A stretch of DNA of 62,361 bases, filler included. It is 4 parts of 4 records of this genome, joined end to end, with 100 filler letters (N's around TTAATTAATTAA, not from the genome) between each part and the next. Parts side by side here need not be neighbours in the genome. Positions count along the whole stretch, not along the records: positions 39,044 to 56,833 come from SRR20825019_3014; 3 more parts are not named here. One strand, written 5' to 3'. The translations under genes were made by a program, and so were the position numbers. Under the pieces are notes generated by a model. The model worked only from the letters and a program-made list of their open reading frames with translations, did not search any database and had not been told where the DNA came from. Shown here in pieces: positions 42,615 to 52,718 of this stretch. Within the stretch, counting starts at the first letter, position 1. Each line of letters starts with the position of its first letter.

Positions 42615-43916
42615 TCAGGCCCTGCGCACGGCCCCGCTCTCTTCATCCCAGCGCCAGGCTGGTTCACGCGACCTCACCTCCACACCGCCGATCCAGCGCG
42701 GCGCACCCGCGATACTCAGGTAATCCAGCTTCCCCGCCAGCACCCGCCGGCCTGCCTCCGTCAACGCATAGGCACGTTTCGGCCAGGGCAAATCCGCCGT
42801 CTCCGGGTCCGCCGCGATAACCGGCTCCGTGCTGGCAGAGAGATCTTTGAGAGCATGCCAGAACATCAGGTCTCCGAGAAACGGCAGCGGCTCATGCCGG
42901 GTCATCAGGGCTTGAAAGATCCGGCCTGCCGTTAGCTTCTGACCATCGGCCCCGGCAAGGATCGACAGCGACAACGCCTGTGTCAGGCCCAGCCCCGTGC
43001 GTGCCGAGGGCAGCTCCCGCAGATGCCGCCGCAGCGCCGGCGCCATCAACGGCAACGCGGGCGTACCGTCACGGGCGATCCGGGCAAGCTCTGTCGGGTC
43101 CGGGTCCGTCACCGCGTTCCAGACTTCAGCGCCAAGCGCAAGCTGGCCCTCCGTCACAGGTTTCAACTCGTTCTCCCAGAGCCAAAGCAGCACTTCGGGA
43201 TGCAATTGGCCGAGCCCGACAAAGCCCTGCACGCCAGGCACCTTGCCGACACAGATCATCTGCAGGTCCGGGCGCTCATCAAGCCGGGAGAAATGCGCCA
43301 GCAGGCGGGCGAGGATCAACTGGTCGTAGCTGTCATGCTCGAACCAGAGCGTTACCCGGTCTTCCGCCCCGAGCGCATCGACCTTGTCATATTCAGCAGC
43401 AAGCTTCTTCCGCGTCTCCGCAGCCTCGCGGCTGTAGCCTGACACGATGAATTCCGCGCGCTTATCCAGAAATTCCGCCCGGTCGAGGCGCGGCACGGGG
43501 CCTTGGCAATAGGGATCGGAGAACTCGACGAAAGCACCGGCAAAGCCCGCGACCTTGAGGCTATGCCGGATATCCTCGCCACACCGGATATGCACCATGT
43601 CGGCGCTATCCGGCACCAGCGGGCGCCCTGCCTCCATGCGCTGGCGGGCTATGCGCAGCGTATCGATATGCGTCTTCATGCGCGGCCAGCTTGGAAAGCC
43701 GTTTTCCCGCGCAATAACAAGGTGCGCATCGGCAAGCTGCTGCCCGGCCGCAACACCCTTCGGATGATGAGCCTCCCATCGAGCAACAGCGTCCACATCA
43801 TCGTCACGGACAGCTTTGAGAAGCTCTTTCGCACGCTTTTTCTGTTGTTCGAGATTCAGCCGTCCGCCGAAATAATCACGCGGAACGGCCAGTGCCGGCT
43901 CGTTGGCTTTAGACAT
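42615..43916 (-). CDS. DUF1835-domain protein with small N-terminal helical domain
   Basis: N-terminal LNLEQQKKRAKELLKA...LADAHLVIARENGFPSWPRMK; HIRCGEDI, DPYCQGPVP, LWFEHDSYDQL, GLGQL, FLGD, RWIGGV; RBS GAGGG before ATG 43916. Confidence 0.85.
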   Translation of the reverse strand: MSKANEPALAVPRDYFGGRLNLEQQKKRAKELLKAVRDDDVDAVARWEAHHPKGVAAGQQLADAHLVIARENGFPSWPRMKTHIDTLRIARQRMEAGRPLVPDSADMVHIRCGEDIRHSLKVAGFAGAFVEFSDPYCQGPVPRLDRAEFLDKRAEFIVSGYSREAAETRKKLAAEYDKVDALGAEDRVTLWFEHDSYDQLILARLLAHFSRLDERPDLQMICVGKVPGVQGFVGLGQLHPEVLLWLWENELKPVTEGQLALGAEVWNAVTDPDPTELARIARDGTPALPLMAPALRRHLRELPSARTGLGLTQALSLSILAGADGQKLTAGRIFQALMTRHEPLPFLGDLMFWHALKDLSASTEPVIAADPETADLPWPKRAYALTEAGRRVLAGKLDYLSIAGAPRWIGGVEVRSREPAWRWDEESGAVRRA

Positions 43917-44035
43917 ACGATTCCCTCGTCGCTTATCGCCTGTGTCCGCCAACAGGCAAGGAAATCGATCTATGATAGATCAGTCGGGATGGGCGCAGCC
44001 CTTTCCGCGGACAGGACGCCGAGAGGCGTTGGCGG
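43917..44035 (-). promoter_or_regulatory. Structured 5' leader (candidate cis-regulatory RNA)
   Basis: Several hairpins, a possible pseudoknot and an RBS-sequestering stem (see findings). Confidence 0.55.
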
Positions 44036-44084
44036 AAACAATACAGCCCCGCCCCGCGCGATCAAGCCTGTCGCGCAAAGAACA

Positions 44085-45017
44085 TCACTCGGCTGCACGC
44101 GCCGCCGCCGGTTCCTCTTCGAGAATGCCAAGATCGTCAAGATACCGTTTGAGCCCGTCGACGAACCTGCGAACCTTCAGTGGCACGAACCGGTTCGAGG
44201 GATAGACCACATGCACGGCCTGTTTTGGGTAATGCCAGTCCGGCAGAACCGCTTCGACCGAGCCGCTTTCCAACATGGCGCCGAGAAATGGCGTATGCAC
44301 GAGCCCGATCCCGATCCCGGCGAGCAATGCCTGATGCACCACCGTCTTGTGGTCGGAGCGCAGCACCGGCTTTACCTGCACTTCGGAAACACGCCCGTCC
44401 GGCCCGGCAAGGGGCACGCGGTCTCCGGTGACGACATGGGCGTAGAGCAGGTAATCATGTCCGGCCAAATCCTCCGGCGTCTGCGGCCGGCCCCGACGCT
44501 CCAGATACTCCGTCGTCGCGGCAAGTGTGCGCCCGATCATGCCGAGCCTGCGGACGATCAGCCGATCATCGTCGAGCCGCCCCATACGGATCGCAACATC
44601 CGTCCGCTCCTCGATCAGATCTACGAACCGGTCGGTCAGCGAGACATCGAGCAGGATGTCCGGATGCTCCTTCTTGAAGGAAATCAGATAGGGGCTGAGG
44701 ATATCCGCGCCGAACCCGACGGGCGCGCCAACCGCCAGCCGTCCGCGCATCGCTGTTTCCTCACTCCCCACCGCCCGGTCCGCAGCCTCAAGCCGGTCCA
44801 GAATATCCCGGGCATGATCGAGATACCGTGCGCCGTCTTCTGTCTGCAGCACGCGCCGGGTGGTACGATCAAAAAGACGGACGCCGAGATGTTGCTCAAG
44901 CGCACGGATCTGCTGGCTAACCGCCGGCTGCGTCAGGCCAAGCTCCCGGGCGGCGGCGGAAAAGCTTCCTGTCTCGCAGGCACGGACAAAACTGGTTAGG
45001 GCGGTCAGACGATCCAT
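44085..45017 (-). CDS. LysR family regulator
   Basis: MDRL..FVRACETGSFSAAARELGLTQPAVSQQIRALE..LFDRTTR. Confidence 0.95.
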   Translation of the reverse strand: MDRLTALTSFVRACETGSFSAAARELGLTQPAVSQQIRALEQHLGVRLFDRTTRRVLQTEDGARYLDHARDILDRLEAADRAVGSEETAMRGRLAVGAPVGFGADILSPYLISFKKEHPDILLDVSLTDRFVDLIEERTDVAIRMGRLDDDRLIVRRLGMIGRTLAATTEYLERRGRPQTPEDLAGHDYLLYAHVVTGDRVPLAGPDGRVSEVQVKPVLRSDHKTVVHQALLAGIGIGLVHTPFLGAMLESGSVEAVLPDWHYPKQAVHVVYPSNRFVPLKVRRFVDGLKRYLDDLGILEEEPAAARAAE

Positions 45018-45168
45018 GGTGTGGCTATACGCGCGCTCCAAGTAGATCATTCATAAAATATTCTAATCAATCCTATAAATTATTCGCAGATTTCAATATT
45101 TCAACCGCCGCTAACATCTCGGTCGAACCGGCACGGGCCGGTACAGCATTTCTGACCGGGAGTTTCCA

Positions 45169-46143
45169 ATGACGATCAATCGCCGCACCATGATGACCTG
45201 CGCCGGACTGGCTGCCGTGACCACCATGGCCGGCACGCTGCCCGGAACTACGGTTGCAGCGGCAACGCCCAAAGCCGGCACCCCTCTTCCGGGCGTCCTC
45301 CGCCGCAGGATCGGCGACATCGAAGTCACCGCCCTGCTCGACGGCTATCTCGATGTGCAGGAAAAGCTGCTGGTCGGCTTTGATCCGGCCGAAGCACGCA
45401 AGCTCGCCGACGCCGCGTTTCAGACGCCGGGGGCGCAACGCATTCCCGTCACGGCCTACCTTGTGAATACCGGCGGCAAACTCATTCTCGTCGATGCCGG
45501 TTCGGCCGATACGTTCGGACCTACCCTCGGCAAGCTGCCCGAGGCCTTGCGTGCGGTCGGCGTGACGCCCCCCGATATCGACATGCTGGCGATCACCCAC
45601 CTGCATCCGGACCATATCAACGGCGCCCTCAAGCCGGACGGCTCGGCCCTGTTCCCGAACGCGGAACTGGTGGTCTCCGAGACCGATCACACATTCTGGC
45701 ACGATGACGGTTTCCTCACTCAGGCGGACGAGCATGTCCGTGGCTTCTTCCACGGCGCACGCAAGGGCGTGGCGGCGTACCAAAAACGGTTACGGCTGTT
45801 CACTGACGGTGCGGAAATCGCCCCGGGCATCCGGGCAATGGCCTTGCCCGGTCACACACCGGGACATACCGGGTTCCGCATCGATTCCGGCGAGGACAGC
45901 CTGCTGATCTGGGGTGATGTCGCCCATATAGCCACCTACCAGTTTGCCCGGCCGGACTGGGGAATTTCCTTCGATACAGATATCGAACAAGCGCGCACAA
46001 CACGGAAGAAAGTGTTGGATCAGGTCGCGACGGACCGGCTCATGGTCGCGGGCATGCATCTGCCCTTCCCGGGATTCGGGCATGTCGCACGCGAGGGAAA
46101 CGGCTACCGGTTCGTCCCGGCGGAATGGCCGTATGCGTTCTGA
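45169..46143 (+). CDS. Tat-exported MBL-fold hydrolase (methyl-parathion hydrolase/lactonase-like)
   Basis: NRR Tat signal, THLHPDH, PGHTPGH, WGDVAH, GMHLPFPG. Confidence 0.9.
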   Translation: MTINRRTMMTCAGLAAVTTMAGTLPGTTVAAATPKAGTPLPGVLRRRIGDIEVTALLDGYLDVQEKLLVGFDPAEARKLADAAFQTPGAQRIPVTAYLVNTGGKLILVDAGSADTFGPTLGKLPEALRAVGVTPPDIDMLAITHLHPDHINGALKPDGSALFPNAELVVSETDHTFWHDDGFLTQADEHVRGFFHGARKGVAAYQKRLRLFTDGAEIAPGIRAMALPGHTPGHTGFRIDSGEDSLLIWGDVAHIATYQFARPDWGISFDTDIEQARTTRKKVLDQVATDRLMVAGMHLPFPGFGHVAREGNGYRFVPAEWPYAF

Positions 46144-47205
46144 TCAACTGTCCGGGTAAAGTGCCGAACGATAGGCGAAGACGCCCGGCAAGCCGCCGGT
46201 ATGGATGTAGAGCACGTTCTCCATGCCCTCGAAGGCGCCCACGCGGGTGAGGCCGATCAGACCGGCCAGGCTTTTTGCCGTATAGACCGGGTCGACAATC
46301 AACGCTTCCAGACGGCCAGCGAGCTCGATGGCCTCAAACGTGCTCTCCACCAGCCTGCCATAACTCGGGCCGAACCAGTCGTCATGGCATTGCACGTCGC
46401 TCTCGGGAACAGTCTCGCCGCACCCGAGCATGTCTTCCGCCAGCCGGGTGATGGAGAGGACGCGCTCTGTCTGACTCTTCGCGTCCCGGCGCACGCAAAT
46501 GCCATGCACCGGCGTGGTATAACCGGCAAGGCGCAGCCCAAGCAGGGTGCCGACATGTGTGGCGGCACTGCCGCTTGGTACCACCACGGCATCAAACTGC
46601 ATGCCGCCTTCACTGGCCTGCTGAAGCAGCTCGATCGCGCATTGCATATAGCCGAGGGATGTCAGCGGCTTGGTGTCCGCCGACAGGGTGAAGAGGTAGG
46701 GGTTCTTGCCGTCCCGCTTCAGCCGCGCCGCAATGCTGTTGAGATTGGCATCCGCCGCCTTCTCGTCCTCGCCGAGCGGGAAGTGGTGCATGTGGGCGCC
46801 GAACATCCGATCCAGCAGCACATTGCCGGACTTGTGATATTCCTCGCCCATGCCCTCGACCCGGTTCTCAAGCTGGACATGGGCCTCCATGCCGAGCCTG
46901 GCCGCGAAGGCGGCCGCCGTGCGCATGTAGTTCGACTGCACCGCCCCGGTGATCACCGCCGTATCGGCCCCGGCGGCTTTTGCGGCGCCGAAGGAGTATT
47001 CGAGCTGGCGCACCTTGTTGCCGCCCGTGGCGACACCGGTGCAATCGTCCCGCTTCACCCAGAGTGATGGCACCGGCCCGCCAAGCTCCTCCGAGAGATG
47101 CCCGGCCAGCCGTTCCATTTTCTCCAGCGGTGTCGGGAAATGTCCGAGCCGGACGCGCGGAAATCCATCCAATCGGTCTTGCAGCGCGTCCGGCCCCGTC
47201 ATCAT
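46144..47205 (-). CDS. D-cysteine desulfhydrase / ACC deaminase family PLP enzyme
   Basis: PTPLE, KRDDCTG..GGNKVRQLEY, GAVQSN, DPVYTAK, YIHTGG. Confidence 0.92.
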   Translation of the reverse strand: MMTGPDALQDRLDGFPRVRLGHFPTPLEKMERLAGHLSEELGGPVPSLWVKRDDCTGVATGGNKVRQLEYSFGAAKAAGADTAVITGAVQSNYMRTAAAFAARLGMEAHVQLENRVEGMGEEYHKSGNVLLDRMFGAHMHHFPLGEDEKAADANLNSIAARLKRDGKNPYLFTLSADTKPLTSLGYMQCAIELLQQASEGGMQFDAVVVPSGSAATHVGTLLGLRLAGYTTPVHGICVRRDAKSQTERVLSITRLAEDMLGCGETVPESDVQCHDDWFGPSYGRLVESTFEAIELAGRLEALIVDPVYTAKSLAGLIGLTRVGAFEGMENVLYIHTGGLPGVFAYRSALYPDS

Positions 47206-48986
47206 TCCATGCCTTCAAGTTCGGTGATGAAGCCGTCGATCACATCCAGCCCCTTGGACCAGAAGGCCGGATCGCTGGCATCCAGCCCGAAGGGGGCGAG
47301 CAATTCCTTGTGGCGCAGGGTGCCGCCGGCGGACAACATCTCCAGATACTTCTCCGCGAAGCCGTCCTCGGCATTCTGGTAGACCGCATAGAGCGAGTTC
47401 ACCAGGCAGTCGCCGAAAGCATAGGCATAGACGTAGAACGGCGAATGGATGAAATGCGGGATATAGGACCAGAAGGTCCGGTAATCATCGTCGAACTTGA
47501 TCGCCGGGCCGAGGCTTGCCGTCTGGGTCTCGATCCAGATATCGCCGAGATCTTCCGGCATCAGCTCACCCTCGCTGCGGGCCGCATGTACCTTGGTCTC
47601 GAATTGATGGAAGGCGATCTGCCGGACCACCGTGTTCAGCATGTCCTCGACCTTGCTGGCCAGCATGGTGCGGCGCTGTTTCGGATCGGTCTTGGAGGCC
47701 AGCACGGCACGGAAGGTCAGCATCTCACCGAAGACCGACGCTGTCTCGGCAAGGGTTAGCGGCGTGTCGGACAGGAGCTGCCCCTGCTTGCCGGCAAGCA
47801 CCTGATGCACACCGTGACCGAGCTCGTGAGCCAGCGTCATCACGTCCCGGGTCTTGCCCTGGTAGTTCAGCAACAGATAGGGATGCGCGCTCGGCACCGT
47901 CGGATGGGCGAAGGCACCGGACGCCTTGCCCGGGCGCACCGGCGCATCGATCCAGGCATTATCGAAGAACCGCTGGCCGACCGCGGCCAGATCCGGTGAA
48001 AAAGAGCCATAGGCATCAAGCACGGTCTTCTGCGCTTCGGCCCAGGGGATCGTGGTGTCGTCATCGTCCGGCAGCGGCGCGTTACGGTCCCAGTAGTTCA
48101 GCGCATCGACACCGAACCATTTCGCCTTCAGCGCATAATAGCGGTGCGACAGCCGGTCATAGCTGCCCGTCACGGCATCGGACAATGCCTGCACCACCTC
48201 GTCCTCGACCTGATTGGCCAGGTTGCGCCCCGAGATCGGCCGCTCGTAGCCACGCCATTTATCCTCGATGGACTTGTCCTTGGCGAGCGTGTTGGTGACC
48301 AATGCGAAGAGGCCGATATTCTCTTTCAGCACACCGGCGAAGCTCTTCGCCGCTTTCTCGCGGATCGCGCCGTCCTTGTGGCTCAGCTTGTCCAGAACCT
48401 CTGCGGAGGTGAGCTGTTTGCCGTCAAACGGAAAGCGCAAGCGGGCGAAAGTCTCGTCGAAAAGCCGGACCCAGGCGGATTTTCCCGTCACGGACTTCTC
48501 GTGCAGCTTCTCCTCGATCTCATCGGAAAGCTGATGATCACGGAAGGCCCGGACGTCACGCAGCCACGGCTTGTAGAAGGCAAGTTCCGGTGCTTTCAGG
48601 CTGATCTGGAGATCCGCCTCCTCAATCCGGTTGATCTCCAGAGTGAAGAACAGCAGATCAGTGCCCGCAGCGTTGACCTTTTCCTGCATGGACTGGAAGA
48701 ACTTGCCATTCTCGGCGCTGCTCATATCCCCCGCATAGACAAGATAGGCATAGGACATGATACGTCCCGTGATCTCGTCCATCAGCTCATAGGCCTGGAT
48801 AGCCCGGCCAAGCTCCGTGCCGTCAAGACCGGCGACCTTTCCGGCATAACGCTGCTTGAAAGCCTTGGCATCCGCTGCAAGCTTCTCCAGGTCCTTGGTC
48901 AGGGCCTCCGAGTCCGGTCCTGGATAGAGATCGGACAGGTCCCATTCGGGGAGAACGCCAAGTTCGGATTGTGCGGCATCGGCCAT
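47202..48986 (-). CDS. pepF: M3 family oligoendopeptidase F
   Basis: WDLSDLY, GKASGAF, TLAHELGHGVH, AETAS, PHFIHSPFYVYAY; start may be a few codons upstream. Confidence 0.93.
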   Translation of the reverse strand: MADAAQSELGVLPEWDLSDLYPGPDSEALTKDLEKLAADAKAFKQRYAGKVAGLDGTELGRAIQAYELMDEITGRIMSYAYLVYAGDMSSAENGKFFQSMQEKVNAAGTDLLFFTLEINRIEEADLQISLKAPELAFYKPWLRDVRAFRDHQLSDEIEEKLHEKSVTGKSAWVRLFDETFARLRFPFDGKQLTSAEVLDKLSHKDGAIREKAAKSFAGVLKENIGLFALVTNTLAKDKSIEDKWRGYERPISGRNLANQVEDEVVQALSDAVTGSYDRLSHRYYALKAKWFGVDALNYWDRNAPLPDDDDTTIPWAEAQKTVLDAYGSFSPDLAAVGQRFFDNAWIDAPVRPGKASGAFAHPTVPSAHPYLLLNYQGKTRDVMTLAHELGHGVHQVLAGKQGQLLSDTPLTLAETASVFGEMLTFRAVLASKTDPKQRRTMLASKVEDMLNTVVRQIAFHQFETKVHAARSEGELMPEDLGDIWIETQTASLGPAIKFDDDYRTFWSYIPHFIHSPFYVYAYAFGDCLVNSLYAVYQNAEDGFAEKYLEMLSAGGTLRHKELLAPFGLDASDPAFWSKGLDVIDGFITELEGME

Positions 48987-49098
48987 CTGAGTATCCATTC
49001 GTTTCATAATGTGAGCGAGAACGCTCAACCGGTCGTTCGTCTGTTAGTCTCAACCAGAGCCACCGGGAAATGAGCGGCCATGGGAGGAAATACCAATA

Positions 49099-50892
49099 AT
49101 GGACTACAAGGCAGTACGAAATCTCGCAACGCTGTTCTTCGATCAGTCTGCAGCACTCTCCGACCGGCCGTTCCTGTGGGCCAAGCAGAACGGCACCTAT
49201 CAGCCCATGACCTATGGCGAGGCCGGGGATGCCGTCCGGCGTTTCGCGAAAGCTCTGCGGGCGAGCGGGATTGAGAAGGGTGATCGCGTCCTGATCGTAT
49301 CCGAGAACCGGCCGGAATGGGTGATCGCGGACCTTGCAATCATGGCGACCGGTGCCATCGCGGTCCCGACCTATACGACCTACACCACCGACGATTACCG
49401 CCATGTGCTTGAGGATAGCGGCGCGAAAGCCGCCGTCGTGTCTACCGGCCGCCTGGTGGAAAAGGTTCTGCCCGCCGCCGAGGGAGCAGCAGGCTGTACG
49501 ACGCTGATTACAGTAGAAACTCTCGCCGAGACGCCCGACAGCACGCTCACCATCACTGATTGGGATACGTTCCTGCAGCGCGGCGAGACCTCGGAAGAAG
49601 ACCCTGCCGACTGGGCCGCGACGCTGCAACGCGACGAGGTCTGCAGCCTGATTTACACCTCCGGTACCGGAGGCCGTCCCAAGGGGGTAATGCTGACGCA
49701 TGGCTCACTGCTGGCCAATTGCGAGGGAGCGCATGACCTGCTCAGCGGCCTTGGCCTGGATCATGAGGTTTTCCTCTCTCTGCTCCCCCTCTCCCACTCC
49801 TATGAGCATATCTGCGGGCTACATTTCCCGATCTCCATCGGGGCGGAGATTTACTATGCGGAGGGTCCAGAAAAGGTTTCCCTGAATCTGACCGAAGCCC
49901 GGCCGACGATCATGACCGCCGTCCCGCGGCTCTATGAGGTTTTGCATGACCGAATTTGTCGCGGCGTCGATGCCAAGGGTGGACTGAGTGCGAAACTGTT
50001 CCACCGCACAGTCGCGCTCGGCGGCAAGGCTTACAGCAACCCGAAGAGCCTCTCTTTGCTCGAACGCGCCGAAAATGCCCTGCTCGATATAGCGGTGCGC
50101 AAGAAGGTCGCCGGACGTTTCGGCGGCAGGCTGAAAGCTTTCGTCTCCGGGGGAGCAGCACTCAATCCGGATATCGGAATCTTCTTCCTGTCTCTCGGAA
50201 TTCGTATTCTGCAAGGCTATGGCCAGACCGAAGCGTCACCCGTCGTGGCATGCAATCGATGCTCCCCGAACAAGATCCATTCGGTCGGCCCGCCTCTGAA
50301 GGATGTCGAGGTCCGGATCGCAGAGGACGGAGAGATCCTGGTAAGTGGCGAATTGCTGATGAAAGGCTATTGGGGCGATCCGGAAACGACTGCCCGCACC
50401 ATCATCGACGGCTGGCTGCATACCGGCGATATCGGCCGGATCGATGAGGACGGCTACATCCACATTACCGACCGCAAGAAAGACATCATCGTCAATTCCG
50501 GCGGCGACAATATCGCGCCGGCCCGGGTCGAGGGCCAGATGACCGTCGAGCCCGAGATCGCCCAGGTCATGACCTATGGCGATAAACGCCCGTATCTTGT
50601 GGCCGTCGTGGTGCCGGAACAGACATTCATCGAGGAATGGGCCGCGACGCGCAACACCGAGCCGGCACTCTCCACACTCCGGGAGGACAAGGAGTTCGTG
50701 AAAGCCGTCGGCGCGGCTATCGAGCGCGGAAACGGCCGGCTTTCACAAACGGAAAAAGTTCGGCGATTCATTCTTGCCGATGAGGCCTTTACTACAGAGA
50801 ACACCATGATGACCCCAACCCTGAAACTGAAGAGGCACTTGATCCGGGATGCTTATGAAGACCGGCTGGTTGCTCTCTACGCACGGAGCTGA
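49099..50892 (+). CDS. Long-chain fatty acid--CoA ligase
   Basis: IYTSGTGGRPKG, QGYGQTE, WLHTGDIG, ITDRKKD, TPTLKLKR. Confidence 0.93.
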   Translation: MDYKAVRNLATLFFDQSAALSDRPFLWAKQNGTYQPMTYGEAGDAVRRFAKALRASGIEKGDRVLIVSENRPEWVIADLAIMATGAIAVPTYTTYTTDDYRHVLEDSGAKAAVVSTGRLVEKVLPAAEGAAGCTTLITVETLAETPDSTLTITDWDTFLQRGETSEEDPADWAATLQRDEVCSLIYTSGTGGRPKGVMLTHGSLLANCEGAHDLLSGLGLDHEVFLSLLPLSHSYEHICGLHFPISIGAEIYYAEGPEKVSLNLTEARPTIMTAVPRLYEVLHDRICRGVDAKGGLSAKLFHRTVALGGKAYSNPKSLSLLERAENALLDIAVRKKVAGRFGGRLKAFVSGGAALNPDIGIFFLSLGIRILQGYGQTEASPVVACNRCSPNKIHSVGPPLKDVEVRIAEDGEILVSGELLMKGYWGDPETTARTIIDGWLHTGDIGRIDEDGYIHITDRKKDIIVNSGGDNIAPARVEGQMTVEPEIAQVMTYGDKRPYLVAVVVPEQTFIEEWAATRNTEPALSTLREDKEFVKAVGAAIERGNGRLSQTEKVRRFILADEAFTTENTMMTPTLKLKRHLIRDAYEDRLVALYARS

Positions 50893-51038
50893 CAGGCAAG
50901 CTGGCAAATGCTCTCTTACAAAGCGCGAAACAAAACTGGCAAAACGCCTTCGGGTTTGTTTAAAATCAACGTGGTTACTGCCTAGAACAGGGTGATCGAC
51001 TCCAGCCAAAACGGTTCGGAAATGAAAGGCTCAGAACA

Positions 51039-51929
51039 TTGAGCAACTACAGCACAAAGCCGAATCCGCATTACGGGCATCGCGTTCTTGATCCAATGCC
51101 AACGCGGGAGGCTCTCGATCACTTTTATGCAGAACAATATTACGACCTCATAGAGCAAGGTAAACTGGCCGTCGATATTGCGCGCGCCAACCGGGGCGGT
51201 GCAGAGGCGACGGACCAGGAAAAATGGCTCCGCGAAACCGTCCATAAAGACGTCATCGACATTCTGCTGGAGTATGCGCCCGGGAAACGGGTTGCCGAGG
51301 TGGGGTGCGGGCTCGGCGAGCTTGTCGGAGACATGAAACAGGCCGGACTTGAACCGCTTGGCATCGATTTGGCTGGCGATGCCATCGCCGCGGTCAGGTC
51401 CAAGGGGCTGGACGCTCTCGAAGGATCCTTGGACGGGTTATTTCAAGATGGTGCCATCCGCCCTGAGAGCCTCGACGCCATCGTCTTCAACAACGTTCTA
51501 GAGTTCACTCACGATCCGGCAGATAACCTGAAGATTGCGGCGAAGATATTGAAGCCCAGCGGGGTTTTGTTGGTTCGGGGCGGAAATGACTTTAATGCCC
51601 TGCAGATGGCTGCGGTCGATTCTCTTGGTCTGGGAGAATGGTGGGTCTCACCGCCAGGGCACATCAACTACCTCACCTTCGATGCCGTCGAAGCCATGAT
51701 GCACGATGTCGGAGTGATGCCCTTCCATCGACACGGCGAGTTTCCGATGGAGCTATGGCTTCTGCTCGGCTTTGATTATATTTCAGACCGTACACTCGGT
51801 GCCGATTGCCACAACAGGCGTGTCGCATTCGAACGGTCTGTCCCAACCGATGTCCGCAGACGCCTCTATAAAGCCTTCGGGCAAGCCGGACTCGGCCGGA
51901 CGATGGTCATCGCCGGGAGGCGCGCCTAG
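51039..51929 (+). CDS. Class I SAM-dependent methyltransferase
   Basis: VAEVGCGLG, NNVLEF, LKPSG, PPGHINY. Confidence 0.88.
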   Translation: MSNYSTKPNPHYGHRVLDPMPTREALDHFYAEQYYDLIEQGKLAVDIARANRGGAEATDQEKWLRETVHKDVIDILLEYAPGKRVAEVGCGLGELVGDMKQAGLEPLGIDLAGDAIAAVRSKGLDALEGSLDGLFQDGAIRPESLDAIVFNNVLEFTHDPADNLKIAAKILKPSGVLLVRGGNDFNALQMAAVDSLGLGEWWVSPPGHINYLTFDAVEAMMHDVGVMPFHRHGEFPMELWLLLGFDYISDRTLGADCHNRRVAFERSVPTDVRRRLYKAFGQAGLGRTMVIAGRRA

Positions 51930-51938
51930 GAGACGAAG

Positions 51939-52718
51939 ATGCGCGTTGCGATCATGCAACCGACATGGCTTCCCTGGATGGGATATTTCGATCTGATCGA
52001 CCAAGTCGATCAGTTCGTCTTCCTCGATACCGTGCAATTCTCCAAGCAATCCTGGCATTGCCGCAACAGGGTCAAGACCAGCCACGGCAGCAAGTGGATC
52101 TCGCTGCCTGTTTCCGCCCGCTTCAGCGAAGGTACCAGTCTCGACACTGCGGTTGTTCACCCTGAACGCCGCATGCGGAAATTCGCAAAGACCCTGCATC
52201 AGGAATATGCGAGCGCTCAGGCCTTTGATAAAGAGTTTCCGGCATTGGCAGATCATTTATCATCCATTTCTGACAGCGCCTCCCTCGCGGACGTAAACAT
52301 CGCTTTCATCCACTTCGCGATGGAGCGTCTAGGGATCGACACGCAAACGGTCCGCGCTCAATCCCTTCCCAAATTCGATGGCCGCGTGATGCGCCTGATT
52401 GAGATTTGCCGCCTTTACGGCGCCGATACTTATGTCAGCGCCCCCGGCTCCGCGGACTATATTGGACTGGATGGCATAAAGCGTTTCGAAGAAGCAGGCA
52501 TCGATGTGGTATTCCAGCGCTATGATCACCCGATCTACCCTCAGTGCGGATCCGGTTTCCTGGGCTTCATGTCGATCGTAGATCTGCTACTTAATGCCGG
52601 AGAACAGGCCGGAGCAATACTTCGCTCAGGTCACCGCGATCCAATACCAGCTCTCGAATTCTTCAGTATTTCCAGGAGTGAGTCCGGTGGACGAGAAAAC
52701 AATTACGGCGCAGCTTGA
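51939..52718 (+). CDS. WbqC family protein
   Basis: AIMQPTWLPWMGYF, FVFLDTVQF, RNRVK, YPQ..GF...SIVDLL. Confidence 0.92.
   Translation: MRVAIMQPTWLPWMGYFDLIDQVDQFVFLDTVQFSKQSWHCRNRVKTSHGSKWISLPVSARFSEGTSLDTAVVHPERRMRKFAKTLHQEYASAQAFDKEFPALADHLSSISDSASLADVNIAFIHFAMERLGIDTQTVRAQSLPKFDGRVMRLIEICRLYGADTYVSAPGSADYIGLDGIKRFEEAGIDVVFQRYDHPIYPQCGSGFLGFMSIVDLLLNAGEQAGAILRSGHRDPIPALEFFSISRSESGGRENNYGAA

Noticed and set aside
43503-44999. 498-aa plus-strand ORF and other long antisense ORFs in the GC-rich contigs
   Set aside because: Shadow frames of well-supported opposite-strand genes
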